This document shows positions 58,950-64,000 of a DNA stretch of 64,000 nucleotides, piece by piece; within the stretch, counting starts at the first letter, position 1, and every line of letters begins with the position of its first letter. The notes beneath the pieces were generated by a model that was not told the origin of the DNA, made no database searches, and was given only the letters and a program-made list of their open reading frames with translations. Origin of the DNA: Candidatus Cloacimonadota bacterium (GTDB lineage: Bacteria > Cloacimonadota > Cloacimonadia > JGIOTU-2); the NCBI GenBank assembly GCA_049903315.1, contig JBNGBT010000006.1:128001-192000 (forward strand), in the 5' to 3' direction. The position numbers were made by a program, and so were the translations under genes.

Positions 58950-60362
58950 ATGAAAATGCTTATAGACGGTCAGTGGATTGATAAAAAAGAAAAGATAGAA
59001 GTGAGAAATCCTCTCAGCAATGAAGTGATCGATACTGTTCCTGCAGGGACAAAAGAAGATATAAAAAAGGCGATCGATGCGGCTGTGGAAGGATTCGAAA
59101 TCAGCAAAAATATGCCGGTTCATGAGCGGGTTGATATCCTTTTCAGAGCTGCTGCGATCATGAAAGAACGACAGGAAGAGCTTGCAAGAACAATTGCAAT
59201 GGAAGGTAGTAAAACAATTAAAGAGGCACGTGGTGAAGCAGCACGCGCAGTGAACACGATTACGCTTTCTGCAGAGGAAGCAAAGAGAATTCTAGGTGAA
59301 ACAATCCCTTTCGACAGCATGCCCGGTGCAGAAAATCGTGTGGGATATTACTATCGATTTCCAATTGGCGTTATTGCTGCGATCACTCCTTTCAACGATC
59401 CACTTAATCTCGTGGCACATAAGCTTGGACCCATCATTGCAGGCGGAAATTCATGTGTGCTGAAACCCGCAACTGTGACGCCACTTTCTGCTCTCAAGCT
59501 GGGAGAAATCCTCATGGAAGCAGGACTTCCTCCCAAGGTTCTCAATATCGTTACCGGTCATGGAGATGAGATCGGAGATGCATTGGTGACTGATGAAAGG
59601 ATCAGGATGGTCACTTTTACGGGTGGACCGGATGCAGGAAAAGAAATAATAAAAAAAGCCGGATTGAAAAAGATCGGCATGGAACTCGGTTCGAACACAC
59701 CGGTCATCGTAATGGATGACTGCGACATCGATGCAGCAGTTGAAAGCTGCGTGTCAGGTGCTTTCTGGGCAGTTGGACAAAACTGTATTGGCGTACAGCG
59801 TCTCTATGTCCAAAAAGGAATTTATAAAGAGTTCGAGAAGAAGTTTGTAGAACGAACTAAGAAGATGAAAGTCGGTTACCAGCTTGATGAAGATACAGAT
59901 ATGGGTCCTATGATCACCGAAACAGAAGCCAAACGTGTGGAGAGTTGGGTGAAAGAAGCAGTTGAAGCTGGTGGAATATTACTGACCGGCGGAGAACGCG
60001 ACGGCGCAGTTGTGCAACCCACAGTGATGCGTGATGTGCCCAAAACATGCCATCTTGGACACGAAGAAGTTTTCGGACCGGTCGTAATTCTCTACAAAAT
60101 TGATAACATTGATGAAGCTATCAAAGAAGCAAACGATGTGGTTTATGGACTCCATGCAGGCATATTTACTAATGATATCAAGACTGCATTTAAAGCGATA
60201 AAAGGAATTGATGTCGGCGGTATTATGATCAATGACTCATCTGATTACCGCATCGATGGTATGCCCTTTGGCGGTGTTAAGAATTCTGGACTTGGACGCG
60301 AAGGCATCAAATTCTCATTAATGGAAATGACTGAACCAAAGGTGGTATGCTTTAATTTATAG
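58950..60362 (+). CDS. NAD(P)-dependent aldehyde dehydrogenase
   Basis: ITPFND P, KPA..TP, FTGG, MELGSN, catalytic GQNCIG, EEVFGP, PFGGVKNSGLGREG. GGAG RBS before the ATG at 58950. Confidence 0.95.
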   Translation: MKMLIDGQWIDKKEKIEVRNPLSNEVIDTVPAGTKEDIKKAIDAAVEGFEISKNMPVHERVDILFRAAAIMKERQEELARTIAMEGSKTIKEARGEAARAVNTITLSAEEAKRILGETIPFDSMPGAENRVGYYYRFPIGVIAAITPFNDPLNLVAHKLGPIIAGGNSCVLKPATVTPLSALKLGEILMEAGLPPKVLNIVTGHGDEIGDALVTDERIRMVTFTGGPDAGKEIIKKAGLKKIGMELGSNTPVIVMDDCDIDAAVESCVSGAFWAVGQNCIGVQRLYVQKGIYKEFEKKFVERTKKMKVGYQLDEDTDMGPMITETEAKRVESWVKEAVEAGGILLTGGERDGAVVQPTVMRDVPKTCHLGHEEVFGPVVILYKIDNIDEAIKEANDVVYGLHAGIFTNDIKTAFKAIKGIDVGGIMINDSSDYRIDGMPFGGVKNSGLGREGIKFSLMEMTEPKVVCFNL

Positions 60363-60552
60363 AATCTGTATATATGAATGACAGTGTTCCAAGATGTGAC
60401 GCAGGCGTCACGAATTGAGCTGGACTCATTACCATCTACTTCTCCGAATGGAAAAACTTATTCTGTCCTGATTTCACAAAAATTAATTGACACGAAACAA
60501 AGCGCCCTAACATTCACTATCTATATTACAAAATATTTAGAAAGGATGATGT

Positions 60553-61665
60553 ATGGCACTTTTTTCCAAAAAAGTAAAAAAGAAAAATGAAACGGCTACA
60601 GACGAGAACACGATCCCGGCACAATGGAAGGTTTTCAATAATAGAGAGTCCTTCAGCTTGATATTTCAGGGTGAAGATATTTCCGAAAGAGTGGTAGTCG
60701 AGATGCTCGATGACGATGCAGTGATCTTCGATCCTGAAGTCGGCATTTATTTTCTATTGAAGGGAATCAATAGCGTTGCAGAAGATGAAATACAAGACGT
60801 AATTGGATATTTTGCTGCGGATGGGGTTGCATGTATTTCGATCGATGAGTTAAAAACATATTACTGTTTCTACGAAGGTGAAAATGTCAGCAGTAACACT
60901 CAATCATTCTGGATAAATGAAGATCTGTGTATTTGGGTTGCTGAGGACGAGGATTATCATCTTCTCAAATATAGCGAGAATCCGGTTGATAATGAGCTGC
61001 TCATCCCACAGTGCCTTGAAAGTGACAATGGTACTCTTTGGTATAAAGATGGAGAAAGTGGCTTCTGGCTGATGATAAATGGTGAGGCAATAGCTCCTCA
61101 TACAAATAGTGATTGGGTGGGGGATGATTATCTTGTATATGATTATGAAAGCGGCACATGGTATTATTTTGTTGATTATGAAACCGCTCCGCCATTTACT
61201 CCATTTTCCGCAGCAGTTCTTGAAGTAGAAGGAAAATATCTCTGGACGAAATCATCCAATGAAAATCATTTCATTTTTTACAAAGAAGGAAAGAGTATTT
61301 CTAATAGCTTAAATGCGATTTTTGTCAATGATGATCTCATTGTGTTCATCGAAGAAGAGAATGCTCATTATCTCATGCAGGATTTTCGAAATGTGGAGCT
61401 GTTCAATCTCTACGAGCCGGTTCTCCTTCCCAATAATACTGACGCTGTATGGCTTAAACCCAACTCCGATGAGTTTATGCTTTATGTGAGAGGGAATAAT
61501 ATAAGTTCTGATGTCACGCCAAGAATGATGGAAGGCAGCTTACTTCTTCTTCATCGTCCAACTAATATGATCTATATGTGTCCTGATTATGAACAGCAAC
61601 CATTGAATGAATTCCTCCCCGCGGCAACTATGGAAGCAGGTAAATTCCTACATTATTTTGATTAA
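60553..61665 (+). CDS. Hypothetical acidic protein built from about five 68-aa repeats
   Basis: Recurring W....F.L...G..I......[WF].nddL.v....Y.L pattern. AAGGA RBS. No signal peptide. Confidence 0.75.
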   Translation: MALFSKKVKKKNETATDENTIPAQWKVFNNRESFSLIFQGEDISERVVVEMLDDDAVIFDPEVGIYFLLKGINSVAEDEIQDVIGYFAADGVACISIDELKTYYCFYEGENVSSNTQSFWINEDLCIWVAEDEDYHLLKYSENPVDNELLIPQCLESDNGTLWYKDGESGFWLMINGEAIAPHTNSDWVGDDYLVYDYESGTWYYFVDYETAPPFTPFSAAVLEVEGKYLWTKSSNENHFIFYKEGKSISNSLNAIFVNDDLIVFIEEENAHYLMQDFRNVELFNLYEPVLLPNNTDAVWLKPNSDEFMLYVRGNNISSDVTPRMMEGSLLLLHRPTNMIYMCPDYEQQPLNEFLPAATMEAGKFLHYFD

Positions 61666-61680
61666 AAGATCATACATTAT

Positions 61681-61717
61681 AATGCCACATCTCTTAAGCG
61701 GGTGTGGCATTTTTTTT
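61681..61717 (+). terminator. Rho-independent terminator
   Basis: AATGCCACATC-tcttaagcg-GGTGTGGCATT followed by a T-run. Confidence 0.8.
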
Positions 61718-61787
61718 GAAGGATCGATAAACTTTGACATGATTATTTGTATATATGTAATATTCTAAGAAATTTTTAGGAGATGCT

Positions 61788-64000
61788 ATGAAGCATACGA
61801 GATTTTTTTCATTTTTCACCATACTCTTCATTCTTTTGATACTTTCTTTTAATGCATATTGTGATTCTACAAAATATGAGAACAGCCAGGCGGCACGCAT
61901 ATTGATGGATGGTAATTTTTCGGACTGGGATGATATTCCCATACTTTATCAAGATCAAACAGGGGATCAGCAGTACGGCAATATAGATTTCGGCGTATTA
62001 AAAGCTGCGAACGATGAAAGATTTCTGTATATTTATATCGAAATTGGTGATGAGTTGAACCTTCAAGACAATAACCAAATATCACTTTTCCTCGATACCG
62101 ACAACAATGCAAGTACGGGCATTCTAATAAATGGCATTGGCGCAGAAGTAAAATGGGTATTCGGCAGCAGGCAGGGAGTATATACTGCACGCTACACAAT
62201 TTACCATCAATACATCGGACTTGTTACCGCACCGACCGTAACCTCCGACAGGTTTGAGATCGCGATCGACCGGACTTTGTCATTATTCGGACAGCAGTTA
62301 TTTCCCTTGAATTCATTCAGGATCGCATTTCATGATGACGGAGCCGGGGATGATTATCTTCCCAATATTGGTGATATTGTTTCGTATAGTTTTGATAACT
62401 CGACACTTCCGCCACTCAATCCTCTTTCTATAAAGAAAACACCTGGATCGGATTTCAGGATAATGGCGTATAATGTATTATCAAATAATATTTTTGAGCC
62501 GTCATTATATAATAATTTTGATCGAATTCTCTCTGCGATAGATCCGGATATCATTGCCCTTGAAGAGATATATGATCATACCTCAAATGATGTGAAGCAG
62601 CTTGTAGAGTCGATGCTTCCTTCGGGCACAGGCGAGCAGTGGTATTGCCAGGGCATATATGGAGATGATATATATGCAGTGAGTAGGTTTCCTATCACGG
62701 AATATTTTGTGTTGAATAAATGCGCGGCATTTCTTATTGATTTAAATCCACTCGTCGATTCGGATTTTTTATTCATCGTTGCCCATCTTTCATTCGGGGA
62801 CTACAATGAAGACCGGCAACTCGAGATTGATGAGCTTATGGCATTTATCAGGGACGCAAAAGAACCGGGCGGTGTGCTCACGTTGGAGGAATTTACTCCA
62901 ATACTCATCACGGGTGATTTGAACCTTGTCGGGTATGCACAGCAGCTTGAAACACTCATCACGGGTGATATTGTCAATCCGCAGTTTGGACCTGATTTTT
63001 CGCCAGATTGGGATGGTTCTGACTTTGGTGACCTCTGCGCTCGTTTGACAGATTTAACGATGTTTTATACATGGTATTCTGCAACCAGTTCTTATTATCC
63101 CGGCAGACTCGATTTCATGATCTACAGTGATTATGTGCTCAATTCAGACCATAAGTTTGTGATGTTTACTCCCGAAATGAGTGCGGATTCTTTGAATGCT
63201 TACGGGCTTTATGCAGATGATGTGCCCGATGCCTCGGATCATATTCCTATCGTTTCGGATTTTACTGTTACTCAACCCGGATTGACTTCCATTTATGATA
63301 TCCAATACACCACAGATCCTGGACCCAACGGCACCTATCCTTCATTACTGGTTGATCAGACTATTACCACATCGGGTATTGTGACCGCTGTTGGTTATGG
63401 AGGTTATGATAATGATTTCTTTATTTCATCTCCAGAGGGCAATCCCTGGGAAGGGATATACATATATTTTGCAGATGCCAGTCCAAGTATCGGTGATCTA
63501 GTTGAAATTACCGGGGATGTGTATGAATATTATGGATTTACTGAGATTCGATATGCATCTGTAGATGTCGTCAGTTCAGGGAATTCTGTGCCCGAACCAT
63601 TACTCGTGAACACAGGAAATTTGATCGAACCTGTCAATGCAGAAGCGTATGAGTGCTGCCTTGTGAAAGTCGAAAATGTCACTGTTACGCAGGCACCAAA
63701 TTCTGATAATGAGTGGTATATTACTGATGGCTCCGGAGAGTGCCAGGTCGATGACGGAATGTTTGCCTATCCTGCCACTTTAGGAGAAGAATTTTCGTAT
63801 ATTATTGGCGCATTGGATTATAACTGGGAAGAATATGGGATTAATCCGAGAGATGTAAATGATCTTGGTGCGTACTCGATTGATGAGCCGCAGAATGCTT
63901 CGGTAATTTTACTTCAAAATTTTCCGAATCCTTTCCAGGAAACAACGAAGATCAGCTTTTCTTTGAATCGAAACTCACATGTAAATATTCTCATTTACAA
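61788..64000 (+). CDS. Secreted endonuclease/exonuclease/phosphatase (EEP) domain protein with an OB-fold-like region and T9SS-like CTD, truncated by the window end
   Basis: Manual translation gives a MKHTRFF.. signal, DGNFSDWDD, RIMAYNV, PDIIALEEI, ITGDLN, GRLDF, SDHIP, SIYDIQ..GDLVEITG.V.EYYG.TEI and QNFPNPF. Missing from the ORF track because there is no stop codon. Confidence 0.85.
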   Translation, partial: MKHTRFFSFFTILFILLILSFNAYCDSTKYENSQAARILMDGNFSDWDDIPILYQDQTGDQQYGNIDFGVLKAANDERFLYIYIEIGDELNLQDNNQISLFLDTDNNASTGILINGIGAEVKWVFGSRQGVYTARYTIYHQYIGLVTAPTVTSDRFEIAIDRTLSLFGQQLFPLNSFRIAFHDDGAGDDYLPNIGDIVSYSFDNSTLPPLNPLSIKKTPGSDFRIMAYNVLSNNIFEPSLYNNFDRILSAIDPDIIALEEIYDHTSNDVKQLVESMLPSGTGEQWYCQGIYGDDIYAVSRFPITEYFVLNKCAAFLIDLNPLVDSDFLFIVAHLSFGDYNEDRQLEIDELMAFIRDAKEPGGVLTLEEFTPILITGDLNLVGYAQQLETLITGDIVNPQFGPDFSPDWDGSDFGDLCARLTDLTMFYTWYSATSSYYPGRLDFMIYSDYVLNSDHKFVMFTPEMSADSLNAYGLYADDVPDASDHIPIVSDFTVTQPGLTSIYDIQYTTDPGPNGTYPSLLVDQTITTSGIVTAVGYGGYDNDFFISSPEGNPWEGIYIYFADASPSIGDLVEITGDVYEYYGFTEIRYASVDVVSSGNSVPEPLLVNTGNLIEPVNAEAYECCLVKVENVTVTQAPNSDNEWYITDGSGECQVDDGMFAYPATLGEEFSYIIGALDYNWEEYGINPRDVNDLGAYSIDEPQNASVILLQNFPNPFQETTKISFSLNRNSHVNILIY

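Overview
A 64-kb AT-rich chromosomal window from a diderm, probably anaerobic bacterium. Its many secreted proteins with a PNPF...IYNxKG...KMxLL[RK] C-terminal Ig-like sorting domain suggest an FCB-group lineage such as Cloacimonadota (inference only). The left part is mostly housekeeping: an FprA/rubredoxin/permease/Fur-PerR cluster, EamA, an RluB-type synthase, LptE, HTH-PTS IIA, tRNA(CAT), uvrB, ruvB, two beta-propeller exoproteins, a GldA/F/G-like ABC system, alaS, an S8 protease, tRNA-Lys and tRNA-Glu. From the tRNA-Glu 3' end (25831) to about 51530 lies an integrase-less tandem array of three cargo modules, separated by repeats that recreate the tRNA 3' end. Two of these repeats share 149 identical bp, and their arms show a protein-coding substitution pattern. 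Module 1 is a complete beta-1,3-glucan utilisation locus with no SusC/SusD pair. It encodes a GH-A hydrolase fused to a probable outer-membrane beta-barrel, GH16, GH30, GH17, a GH161-like phosphorylase, GH3, an MFS transporter and a GntR-LacI regulator with a visible 16-bp operator. Modules 2 and 3 carry secreted proteins, one of them frameshifted, and a relic of a second glucan locus. The right part holds a 7-repeat exoprotein, an unknown 415-aa protein, an aminotransferase/SDR/cupin/homoserine dehydrogenase/aldehyde dehydrogenase operon, a 5-repeat acidic protein and a truncated secreted EEP nuclease/phosphatase. All family calls come from motif recognition by eye; no searches were run.
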